Below, piece after piece: positions 20,877 to 29,910 of a stretch of 64,000 nt of DNA (position 1 is its first letter; each line of letters begins with the position of its first letter). Source of the DNA: a bacterium (GTDB taxonomy: Bacteria; SAR324; NAC60-12); assembly GCA_965205865.1 (NCBI GenBank), contig CBDBHR010000028.1:32001-96000 (forward strand). The letters are read 5' to 3'. Below the pieces are notes generated by a model. It was not told the DNA's origin and did no database searches. It saw nothing but the letters and a program-made list of their open reading frames with translations. The translations under genes were made by a program, and so were the position numbers.

Positions 20877-21145
20877 AATTCGCATCCTTAGCAGAAGTTA
20901 AAAACCAACTCAGTGCCTTTATTAAACAATGTGAAGAGGGAGAAACCGTGATCATTACCAAAAATGGGAAACCTGCGGTCGCTCTTGTTAACATTGAAGA
21001 TGAAGCGGATTTAGAAAGTCTCCTGTTAGCCAAATCCAATCAGTTTCAACAGATCATTGAAGAATCCCGAAAGAGTTTTCAGCGAGAGGAAGGCATACCT
21101 CATGAGCAATTTTGGGAAGAGATGAAAGAGAAGGAAGACTTATAG
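20873..21145 (+). CDS. Phd/YefM-family antitoxin
   Basis: SLAEVKNQLS...VIITKNGKPAVALV. Confidence 0.88.
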   Translation: MKFASLAEVKNQLSAFIKQCEEGETVIITKNGKPAVALVNIEDEADLESLLLAKSNQFQQIIEESRKSFQREEGIPHEQFWEEMKEKEDL

Positions 21146-21230
21146 CATTGGCTGAATTTGATGCGGAGAACAGGATGCGCGGACTTTTTACAAAAATCCG
21201 GGTAATATCGCAACGAGTTGTTTTAATCCC

Positions 21231-22244
21231 TCAAATCAGGGGCAGCCGGTCCGTTGGATTTTTTTGCAGAATTTCCTGATCATGGAAATAACGGATGGTG
21301 GTGTTGGCCGAGGAATGCCGGGCATAGGCCTGTACTTTCTGCAGGGGCTCCCCCAATTCCAGAGCCAGGGTGATGGCGGTGTGGCGCATGGTATGGGCCG
21401 AGATATCCAGTCCCACCGCTTTTCCGAGGCGGAAGACGACGTCATTGACCCCTTTACCGGTCATTTTTTGTCCGAAGGTACGAAAGCCCAGAGAAATGAA
21501 GACCCATGCGCCCTCCAGGTTTTTTTCGCGCAAGGTATCCCGCCACTCCTGCAATTCGGCAAACAGTTCATTACGGATTTTCAAACGCTGGGGAACCCCG
21601 CTTTTGGTGTTGTGGAGTAACGCCACATGAAATTTCCCATCCTGGCGGAGGTCTTCCCAACGCAATTCCGCCACCTCTCCTCGCCGCGCTGCCGTGAGAT
21701 AAAGAAATCGCAAGAGCAAGGCATTGCGCTGACGCATCAACTCTGCCACTCGGGGATCATACGTCTCATTGGCATTGGCTGTCATCATGGCATTCAATTG
21801 AGTAATCAGTAACGCCCCCTTCGTGCTGACGTCCGAGACCTTTTCATTACGAATGATGGTGGATTTGAATGGATTGGCAGGAAGGTAGCCAAATTCCGTG
21901 AGCACCTTGAAAACCTTGCGTAACGCGCTCATAGACTGGTTGATGCTTGCCGGTTTTTTCCCCTGAGCCTTGAGAAAGGATTTGTACTCGAGGATAGTGA
22001 GACTGGTCAGTGTTTGCAGTTTCCCGCCACGGTATCGTTTGGACGATCGAGTGGGAACTCTCACCCCCTGAAGGGAAGCCCATTTTTGAAAATCGGCAAA
22101 AATCCGCGTGTATGCCCGCCGGGTATTGGGTTTGTAATCCTCGAACAGCAGCATCAATGCCTGGGAAGGAGTGAACTCTCCTCGCTTTTCCCATGAAACC
22201 GGTACATCCTCGATGGTGTTGCTGATTTTTTCCACAATCTTCAT
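21231..22244 (-). CDS. Tyrosine recombinase/integrase (XerC/D-like)
   Basis: TAARRGE, TKSG, HTMRHTA, ARHSS..TTIRY catalytic set; start placed at MKIVEK. Confidence 0.88.
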   Translation of the reverse strand: MKIVEKISNTIEDVPVSWEKRGEFTPSQALMLLFEDYKPNTRRAYTRIFADFQKWASLQGVRVPTRSSKRYRGGKLQTLTSLTILEYKSFLKAQGKKPASINQSMSALRKVFKVLTEFGYLPANPFKSTIIRNEKVSDVSTKGALLITQLNAMMTANANETYDPRVAELMRQRNALLLRFLYLTAARRGEVAELRWEDLRQDGKFHVALLHNTKSGVPQRLKIRNELFAELQEWRDTLREKNLEGAWVFISLGFRTFGQKMTGKGVNDVVFRLGKAVGLDISAHTMRHTAITLALELGEPLQKVQAYARHSSANTTIRYFHDQEILQKNPTDRLPLI

Positions 22245-22314
22245 AATTACGGAGCTGTCTGTTTCGTCAACCCATTGAATCGGGGGATATCCACTGTGAC
22301 CACCGGCAGCGCTT

Positions 22315-22914
22315 CTAGAATACTTCCATTGCGCTGAAGTAGCCTTCGATACGAGATCCGGATTTACCACTTCGCCAGTTGCCTGCGAAACCATTGGTGC
22401 TGATCTCACCTACTTCCAGCACGGCGTAGGCGCCGTCGTAACGCCGGAGGTCACGCTGGTTTGCGATCGAGCCGAGTCTCAAAAGAATGCTTCGTTCACC
22501 GGCGTAGTTTCCCTCGAGCACGAGCGCGCCGGGAGCCTGCGGGTCTTGACTGGCGAGACTGCCGACGCGGTATGCGCCAACCGCTTTGATATCGACGTCC
22601 GTGAATCCATACAAAGGCGTTGACGCGCTGCCCGGCGATTCGAGTCCTTGCGGCTGCTTCCGCAGCGTGAGCTTACCCCGCACGGAGCGACTATCATTGC
22701 CATTTACGACCTCCACGAGCGTCAACTGGTAATTACCACTTCTACCCACCAGGGTCTCATCCGCACTAAGGCGCCCGGAAGTAGCCATGCAAGAATCCTT
22801 CCCTATCCGCGCCATCTCGGGACCATCTTGCGCAGTGGGTTTACCGGAGGTCCAGCATCCTACCAGCATAGTGAGGGCCATCGTCGTCAGGAATGCGTTC
22901 TTATACAAAACCAT
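22315..22914 (-). CDS. Hypothetical lipoprotein
   Basis: Signal peptide with LVGC lipobox. Confidence 0.55.
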   Translation of the reverse strand: MVLYKNAFLTTMALTMLVGCWTSGKPTAQDGPEMARIGKDSCMATSGRLSADETLVGRSGNYQLTLVEVVNGNDSRSVRGKLTLRKQPQGLESPGSASTPLYGFTDVDIKAVGAYRVGSLASQDPQAPGALVLEGNYAGERSILLRLGSIANQRDLRRYDGAYAVLEVGEISTNGFAGNWRSGKSGSRIEGYFSAMEVF

Positions 22915-23266
22915 ACTCTTCTGAATCTGAATCCCGGACTATTTTCTGATCTGGAATATCGCTTGTAATGATTGACTCCCATCTCCGAGCCGCCTGCCGG
23001 AACAACTCTTTTTGGTCTTCCGTGACGTCGCCGACAAAAATGAGATCGATATCGAAGGTAAGGTTATCCGGGCCGTTCTCACTGTTATCCGGGTTGTTCC
23101 CACCGTTATCCGGGTCGTTCCCATCGTCTCCACCGCCTCCACCACACCCGGCAAGAGTAATCAGGCAGATAAGGAACGCGAATACCTGCAACCGGAGCAG
23201 GCAAAATGCGTCCGTGAAATTTACCAGGATTTTCTGCGATATGACGATTTTGAGCGGACTTTTCAT
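22901..23266 (-). pseudogene. Truncated lipoprotein (possible M8/leishmanolysin-like N-terminus)
   Basis: LAGC lipobox, Gly/Asn/Asp linker, FDIDLIF...F.QAARRWESII. Confidence 0.5.
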
Positions 23267-23278
23267 ATTTCAGAGCCG

Positions 23279-24478
23279 TTATTGGTGTTTTCTGCGTTGG
23301 GGGTCATTGAATTGATGATGAACTTCGCTGAGGAACTGGGGGATGGGAAGTTCCTCCGGACAACGGGGCAGGCAGTCGCCACATTCCGTGCAGGCATCGG
23401 CAAAACGGCCGGAAAACCAAGGTCCGACCGGATTCAACATATTGTAGCGATAGCGGACGAATTGCCGCATGTCATAAGCTTTCCACATGTTACGAAAGCG
23501 CAGCACCTCCGGGATGTCGATCGATTCGGGACAAGGCAGGCATTTCTGGCAGAGAGTGCAGTACTCGCGACCCTGCTGTCGGAAGGCTTCAGCTGCCTGG
23601 TCCACGCGGGATTTGATGCGGGCAAACCAGGATTCCGGCGCGGCATCATCCTTGATTTCCGCAGCAATGGAGGCAAGATGAACGTCGACGTGTTCCTGCT
23701 TTTCGGCCCCCAAACTGAGGGTATGGATTTGCGGGTGAGAAAGGCAGAAGCGGTCGTTGAAATTCATGGCTGAGAGGGGATGAGTCAACTTCAACAATTT
23801 TTGAGGAGGTTGAAACAATTGTCCTCCTTTGTCGTTGGGAGAAATGATGAACACTCCCATGTCTCGGGCAGCCGCTTCCTCGATGGCGGGTAAGTTGTGC
23901 TGGAAAAAATAGTAATAGTGAAGATTGATGGACTCGAAAACACCGCTGCGGATTGTTTTCAAGATGATGGGTAACTTGCCATGCGTGCTGAAACCCAAGT
24001 GCCGGATTAGTCCTTCCTCGATGGCATCCTGCACTGCCTGCAGACATCCCCCCTTTCGAAAAATGCACTCTAAATCTTCCTCCTGGTTGACCCCGTGAAA
24101 ATCAAAATTGTCGATCACCTCCAACTGCAGTCGCTCCAGGGAATCCTCGATGCATTCACGCATTTTTTTATAGCTGGGCATAGGCCTGATTTTCGTAGTG
24201 AAGAGGAGACGGCGGCGCAACTGCATTTTGGTTTCAGCAGGTTTGCCGAGTCGAGGCCAGATTTTGCCATAGATTCGTTCGCTGCGCCCATAATCCCGGG
24301 CTGTCTCAAAATGATGAATCCCCCTTTCCAGGGCATACCGGCTCACTTCCAAAGCATGCTGCAGCGTGTCGTCAGGGAGCAGGTCATGGGGACCTTCCCA
24401 TCCATGGATATAACGCATGCCTCCCAACGTGAAGACCGGAAGTCGTAATTCAGTTTTTCCAAAACGCCGGTAGAGCAT
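23279..24478 (-). CDS. Aldo/keto reductase with C-terminal Fe-S domain
   Basis: MLYRRFGKT, HFETARDYG, LGFSTHG, CTLCQKCLPCP and CTECGDCLPRCP. Confidence 0.9.
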   Translation of the reverse strand: MLYRRFGKTELRLPVFTLGGMRYIHGWEGPHDLLPDDTLQHALEVSRYALERGIHHFETARDYGRSERIYGKIWPRLGKPAETKMQLRRRLLFTTKIRPMPSYKKMRECIEDSLERLQLEVIDNFDFHGVNQEEDLECIFRKGGCLQAVQDAIEEGLIRHLGFSTHGKLPIILKTIRSGVFESINLHYYYFFQHNLPAIEEAAARDMGVFIISPNDKGGQLFQPPQKLLKLTHPLSAMNFNDRFCLSHPQIHTLSLGAEKQEHVDVHLASIAAEIKDDAAPESWFARIKSRVDQAAEAFRQQGREYCTLCQKCLPCPESIDIPEVLRFRNMWKAYDMRQFVRYRYNMLNPVGPWFSGRFADACTECGDCLPRCPEELPIPQFLSEVHHQFNDPQRRKHQ

Positions 24479-24627
24479 CTGTTTTCTCCTTCTTTGGCAA
24501 TTGAGTTTTCTCAAAAAAAGGGTATACTCGGGATTTACATTCGATTTGTTCTCCCTGCCACCATTATTTTTCCTGATGGATAGAAAGAATTCGATTCCTT
24601 GTCAATCTCTTTTTAACAAACCGATCC

Positions 24628-25599
24628 ATGTTTGAGCCACTCGAGTTAATGAATTTACGTTTTAAAAATAGTATTCTTTTCCCACCTGCTTCAGAAAATC
24701 AAGCCAATGTCAACGGTAAAGTCAATATGTCGATGATCCGGCATTATCGTGAGCAAGCCTTCCATGGAATGGGAACCATCATTCTGGAGTCCGCCTACGT
24801 GAACAAGCAGGGACGTAGTCATGTCTCTCAGTTGGGGATTTCAGAAGAAGAGCATATCCAAGGTCTGGCAAAATTGATCCGGGTCCTCAAGCAGCAAGGG
24901 GTCGTCGTCGGAATCAGACTGGCTCATGCGGGGGCCAAAACCTCCGATGAAATCTGTGGAGAGCAACCGATTGCTCCCTCGGTGATCAACATGGGAAAGG
25001 ATTTCAGTTCGAGCCGGGAATTCGACCGTGCGGATTGTGAGGAACTCAACATGTTTTTCACCCACGCCGCAGAACGGGCTGAAGAAGCAGGGGCGGATTT
25101 TGTCGAAATCAACAGCGCTCAGCAATTTCTCCTGGATCAATGCCTGTCTTTGCGTTTCAATGGACGTGATGACGAATTTGGTCACGAAACGATCGCCTCC
25201 CGTTTGAAATTGAGTTTGGACGTGGTCCGCTCCGTGCGCAGGCGCATTTCCAGGTACATTCCCATCAGCTTCTACTTTTCCATTCATGACAAGCTGGAAG
25301 ATGGCTTGTCCGTCAGGGAACTCAGAACCATGATCAAACTGCTGGAAGAAAGTGGAACCGAAATTTTTCACCCCACTACCCTCCATGCCACCAATAAAAT
25401 TTTTGGTAGCGAAGAAACTTTCATCGAATGGATGGCCAAATATACGAACAAAGCCATTGTTGCCGAGGGAAACATAAAATCTCCCCAAGTGCTCAAGGAA
25501 GTCTACAGTCTTGGCAAGGCCCATTTTTATGCTCTGGACCAGACTATCTTTTCCCGCCCTCAGTGGTATGAATTTCTTACTCGTAAACTGTTGGCTTAA
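24628..25599 (+). CDS. NADH:flavin oxidoreductase (OYE-like) with degenerate active site
   Basis: FEPL..., IRLAHAG, AERAEEAGADFVEINSAQQFLLDQ, N.R.DEFG. Confidence 0.8.
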   Translation: MFEPLELMNLRFKNSILFPPASENQANVNGKVNMSMIRHYREQAFHGMGTIILESAYVNKQGRSHVSQLGISEEEHIQGLAKLIRVLKQQGVVVGIRLAHAGAKTSDEICGEQPIAPSVINMGKDFSSSREFDRADCEELNMFFTHAAERAEEAGADFVEINSAQQFLLDQCLSLRFNGRDDEFGHETIASRLKLSLDVVRSVRRRISRYIPISFYFSIHDKLEDGLSVRELRTMIKLLEESGTEIFHPTTLHATNKIFGSEETFIEWMAKYTNKAIVAEGNIKSPQVLKEVYSLGKAHFYALDQTIFSRPQWYEFLTRKLLA

Positions 25600-25679
25600 T
25601 TGCGCGACGGACCCCATCTCAATGTCTCTAACCCGAGTGCGAGATAGCGCACTCGATGATTTGAAGCGGCGTTGTCTCT

Positions 25680-25860
25680 TTCATTCTATTGAAGGTTGGT
25701 TTTTCCGGTTGCCAGTATAAGCAATTGAGCCTGCGAGTGAATCAGCCATAAAGTTTTTGACACTGCGATGTCCGGAATGCTCAATTCGTGATATATTTTT
25801 CAGTTGGTTGTTGATGGTTTCAATAATGAAGCGTTTTCTCAGAAGGTGTTTGGCAAATAA
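25680..25860 (-). mobile_element. IS982-family transposase C-terminal remnant
   Basis: LLRKRFIIETINNQLKNISRIEHSGHRSVKNF. Confidence 0.7.
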
Positions 25861-25889
25861 ATTGCATGTCTAGTTCCATTATTTAGGAG

Positions 25890-26130
25890 GAGATGGATGT
25901 ATCCATGCGATTCAAGCGATCAGGAATGGTCTGAGTGTGAAAACCCATACGCTTCCAAAGAGCGGGGCATTGATGGGGGGGAAAAAATCAAAGGGCGTAA
26001 ACGCCATTTCAGTGTCGGTACTTTATTGATCGTATGGGAACCCTCACAACCACTGCTGAAAATATAATTCGTATTGCCATGATCAAAGTCACCTCAGCAA
26101 AGTGTCTTATTCAACCAAACGGGTTCTTGA
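25890..26130 (+). mobile_element. IS5-family remnant
   Basis: GIDGGKKIKGRKRH and TTTAENIIRIAMIKVT..KC segments. Confidence 0.65.
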
Positions 26131-26420
26131 GAAGGCTCCCTTCATCTATGAGGCGGCATCAGGTCATTGTTTTAAACTCCACCTCTGAGAGGTTTGCAGG
26201 CCAGCGGGCGGTGCCTTTATAACACCCGCAGTTTCATACATATTGACCTTTTGGATGGGGGACTGCACCAGCGGTCCTCCATCTACTTCCTTTCTGAATT
26301 TTCAAGATCATTGAATAATGCGCAATTTTTCTGTATAAGTCATGTTACGCGTATATTTTTTGCATTCAGCGGTTTCCATGAATACGCTTCCCCACAAGTG
26401 TGTCATTACTGTCCCCACAA

Positions 26421-26640
26421 GTGTGTCATTCCTGGCCAAGACCAGGAATCCAGGAGTCGCCATAGTGTGTCATTCCTGGCCAAGACCAGGAATCCAGGAG
26501 TCGCCATAGTGTGTCATTCCTGGCCAAGACCAGGAATCCAGGAGTCGCCATAGTGTGTCATTCCTGGCCAAGACCAGGAATCCAGGAGTCGCCATAGTGT
26601 GTCATTCCTGGCCAAGACCAGGAATCCAGGAGTCGCCATC
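26421..26640 (+). repeat. Tandem array of five 44-bp REP units (family A)
   Basis: GTGTGTCATTCCTGGCCAAGACCAGGAATCCAGGAGTCGCCATA x5, no unique spacers. Confidence 0.95.
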
Positions 26641-26750
26641 ATGAAAACCTACAACGTTTATATCTTGGCAAGTAAAAGAAATGGCACTCTATATTTTGAG
26701 TGACAAATGATCTTCTTAAAAGAGTTTATGAACATAAAACAATCTCGTAG
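26641..26750 (+). pseudogene. GIY-YIG nuclease (UPF0213-like), frameshifted and truncated
   Basis: MKTYNVYILASKRNGTLY then frameshift to VTNDLLKRVYEHK. Confidence 0.85.
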
Positions 26751-26771
26751 AGCCAATATTGAGGTCAGGCT

Positions 26772-27354
26772 GTGCGCCAGGAAAGCTGGCAAGAAATAGA
26801 GAGTGAAAGTCTCTTACTCGGTAAGGCAGTAACGACCCGCCGAGTCCCCGAGTCATGAGTGGTTATTCGCAAGGATAGGCGCTAAGCGTTGACAGGGGAG
26901 AACATAGGCTCGGTATTGAGCTCCGAAATCATAGTTTCAGGCGCTGACCTTGTGGTCTGGTGGGGAAAGCAATATCAACCGAAGGCCTTAGCGTGAGTCT
27001 CGGCTGAGCCTGGCGGAGTCAAAGACCCGGTGCATGTGTGGAAGTTTCTTGATCGGAACCTGGGAGATCCTGAAGACGACTGTCAACATTCTATTGGTAG
27101 TCGGATCGGGAAAATTAATAAATAACCCCGATATCTACGTCTTCAGGAAGTCGGACAAGTTCGTAGTAGCGATGAAGCGGCGAACAATGAGATCATTTGC
27201 AGAGAGCGGTTTAAGCAGAGTGCGCCAAACGGCAACGTTTGAGCGTCTGACTCGAAGCAGGAGCCGGATGCGTTAGCAGCGCACGTCCGGATCTGTACTG
27301 GAGGAATGACGAAAGGTGGCTGGAAACCACTATAAGTCAGTTCTTTACGGTGAC
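26772..27354 (+). mobile_element. ORF-less group II intron (583 nt)
   Basis: 5' GTGCG; domain V GAGCCGGATGCGTTAGCAGCGCACGTCCGGATCT; 3' end TACGGTGAC; flanks rejoin to the repeat seen at 33047. Confidence 0.85.
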
Positions 27355-27449
27355 TTTGATTAAATGAAAAGGGGGCAAAAAAACTGGACTCATTCCTAAT
27401 CAAATAATCAAAGGCCTGACCCCCTTTGAAGGATCATTTTTGAGGAAGC

Positions 27450-27487
27450 AAAAAACCGGTGGGACGGCAAACACACACGCCGTCCCA
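27450..27487 (-). terminator. Probable intrinsic terminator after SBP gene
   Basis: TGGGACGGC/GCCGTCCCA stem with A-run on + strand (U-tract on -). Confidence 0.55.
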
Positions 27488-27520
27488 TGGGGTTTAGGAG
27501 ATTCCTGGAGAAAGGCGAGA

Positions 27521-29302
27521 CTATTGCCCCATTTCTTTCTTCAGGTCCTGGTCAAACCAGAGGCGGGCGAAGATGCCAGTCCGGTCCATCCCGCCCAGTT
27601 CGACTTCTCCGTTATAGCCAACGACCCACGGCTGGGCCACATGAAACAGGGGAACCCTGGGCCCAAACACCCACCAGTTCTGCACGATGATGCGCCAATC
27701 GGCCTCACGAGCCCACTTCTGCTGCTCCTCTACGGTTTTGGCGGCTCTGGCTTTTTCAAGCAATTCGTCAAACTGGGCGTCGTTGACGTTGGGGGGGTTC
27801 CATCCCGCTTCCGAGTGCGCTTGTTCGATGGGTTGAAGGGCACCGGGATAGTCGGCGCCGACGACCTCGGTAAACAGACCGGTGTACTTATGTTCTCGGA
27901 CACTGGCGATGGTCGTCGTGCGGTCTCTGAGGTTGATCTCCGCATGAATGCCAATCTGCTTCAAGTAATCCATAGCGATCGTGAAATAGTTTAAATCGAA
28001 GAACTCGTAGTGATCATAGGTGGTCTTGATGCGAATGCCATCCGCGCCTTTCGGATAGCCGGCCTCATCCAGGAGTTTCCCGGCCCCTTCCGGGTCATAG
28101 CGATAGTATTGCTTGATCTCTTCGGGCCACTCCGCAAAGGGTTTGTGATACCCGATCACACTATAGCCGATATGCCCCACAGGGGTCGTATTAGCCCATC
28201 CTTTGTGATAGGATTGATTAATGGCTTCATAGTCGATGGCCATCTGGACAGCCCGGCGCACCCGGATGTCGTTCCAGGGTTCAATCTGGGTGTTAAACGC
28301 CATCCCTGTTTCCGCGCGATAGGCATAGGGGTAGAGCTTGAGTTCAGGGTTGGTTTTCTGCAGGCTCTCTACCTGATCCATACTGATCAGTTGCGTGTTG
28401 CCTGCCATGCCAATGTAATCCACCTTCCCTGTGCGCAATAAGGACAAATTGGTCGCGACTTCCTTCGAAACCTTGATATTGATCTCGTCAAAATAGGGCA
28501 ATTGGTTTTCCGGGTATTTTTCGTCGTGGCCCCAGTAATTCGGATTCTTGACATAGTGGTAAGAGGCGCCCTCCACATGGTCCGTCAGCTCAAAGGGACC
28601 GGTGCCAACCACATTCTTCCAATCCGAAACGTTGCCGTGTTCCTGGACCACCTCAGGGGCCACCATATATACGTGCTCTGAATTGAAGATGGCCTTAAAC
28701 GCACTGAGGCGGGGCTCCTTCAACTTGAAAACTACCGTAGAATCATCAGTGGCCGTGATCGATTCAAAAGGGAGCGAGAACAGGACGAGACCGGCTGTAT
28801 CCGCGCTCTTTTCGGTGAAACCGCTGCCTATTCCAAAGAGACGGTGATAGTTCCATTCGATATCCTTGGCCGTTAGGGGCCGACCATTCATTGGGGCCTT
28901 ATTATGCCAGTGAACGCCTTTGCGGATTTTGATCACAAAGGTTTGAGGATCCGGGGTCTCCCAGCTTTCCGCCAGTCTCCCTTTGATGACAAATTCAGGC
29001 ATGTAAATGGTTCGAAAGTCAAATTTGCTCCGGTCCAATGCCCAGTCCGCTATGCCAAGCTTCTCATTGACGGGCGAGATGACCGCTCCCGCAATGTACC
29101 GGTGAAACGGGTCGATATTGGCAGGAACGTTCGTGCGAATCGTTCTGAATGTCCCGCCATACTGTGGTGCAACCACCATCTCCCCGGTGGTGGGGTCTTT
29201 GAGCATCTTGGCTGCCCAGGCCGAACTGACTCCAAAGGCGGTCACCATCAGGATGAGGGCCAACAGAATCGATTGAATTTTACTTATTTTGCTTTTTTCC
29301 AT
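27521..29302 (-). CDS. ABC transporter substrate-binding protein, family 5 (DppA/OppA-like)
   Basis: Signal peptide, LAESWE, GVHWHN, GTGPF, RVRRAVQMAID. Confidence 0.92.
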   Translation of the reverse strand: MEKSKISKIQSILLALILMVTAFGVSSAWAAKMLKDPTTGEMVVAPQYGGTFRTIRTNVPANIDPFHRYIAGAVISPVNEKLGIADWALDRSKFDFRTIYMPEFVIKGRLAESWETPDPQTFVIKIRKGVHWHNKAPMNGRPLTAKDIEWNYHRLFGIGSGFTEKSADTAGLVLFSLPFESITATDDSTVVFKLKEPRLSAFKAIFNSEHVYMVAPEVVQEHGNVSDWKNVVGTGPFELTDHVEGASYHYVKNPNYWGHDEKYPENQLPYFDEINIKVSKEVATNLSLLRTGKVDYIGMAGNTQLISMDQVESLQKTNPELKLYPYAYRAETGMAFNTQIEPWNDIRVRRAVQMAIDYEAINQSYHKGWANTTPVGHIGYSVIGYHKPFAEWPEEIKQYYRYDPEGAGKLLDEAGYPKGADGIRIKTTYDHYEFFDLNYFTIAMDYLKQIGIHAEINLRDRTTTIASVREHKYTGLFTEVVGADYPGALQPIEQAHSEAGWNPPNVNDAQFDELLEKARAAKTVEEQQKWAREADWRIIVQNWWVFGPRVPLFHVAQPWVVGYNGEVELGGMDRTGIFARLWFDQDLKKEMGQ

Positions 29303-29437
29303 AATTCCTCTTACAATTGAGGTGAAATTAAAAGATTCGCCATTCCATTGGACAAATCGGGAGAATTTCATTTTTCTTGATTTTCTTATTTCCATTGTGT
29401 CCTCTTACATTTGAGGTTCCAAAAAAAGATTTACCCG

Positions 29438-29665
29438 CTATGGGACGAATCGGATTTTCGCGGCAGACACGATGTCTGCCACAATCAGCCCCACGACGGG
29501 GGCGAAAAGTTGCTTCAAGTACATATGAACTCCTTTACAAGAGATTGAAAATAATTCACCCCACCATGGAGCGAATCGGGTTTTTGCGGCAGACGCAACG
29601 TCTGCCACGATCAGCCCCACCAAAAGGGTGAGGCATAACGAAAACAATTTTTTCGGTTGCATCAT
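29438..29665 (-). repeat. Two diverged copies (about 120-bp period) of a signal-peptide-like coding segment
   Basis: VGLIVADVASAAKTRFAP vs VGLIVADIVSAAKIRFVP. Confidence 0.6.
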
Positions 29666-29910
29666 ATGACTCCCTCATTACAGATTAATCATTCCCCACC
29701 TTCTTCACTCACTCGAGCGTGAAGCATTCTCGAATGACACGCTAGCACATTCGACTCACGAGTCATTAACAGGAATACAGTATGCATTATGAGGATGTCA
29801 ACCCCCTGATTTCACTTTTTTGCAAAAAGCGTTGGATTGCATTAAATGGCGTTTCGATTCTCTCTTGGTAACTATTCAGGTCTCTGAAAAACCCGTTTAG
29901 TTAAATATCA

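Noticed and set aside
21231-23266. Integron
   Set aside because: The recombinase lacks the IntI-specific insertion and no attC sites were recognised
26194-26553. ORFs 26194-26553 and 17228-17428 with similar translations
   Set aside because: They arise from translating the shared non-coding REP element
26421-26640. CRISPR array
   Set aside because: The units are identical head-to-tail with no unique spacers, there are no cas genes, and the unit matches the REP at 17336
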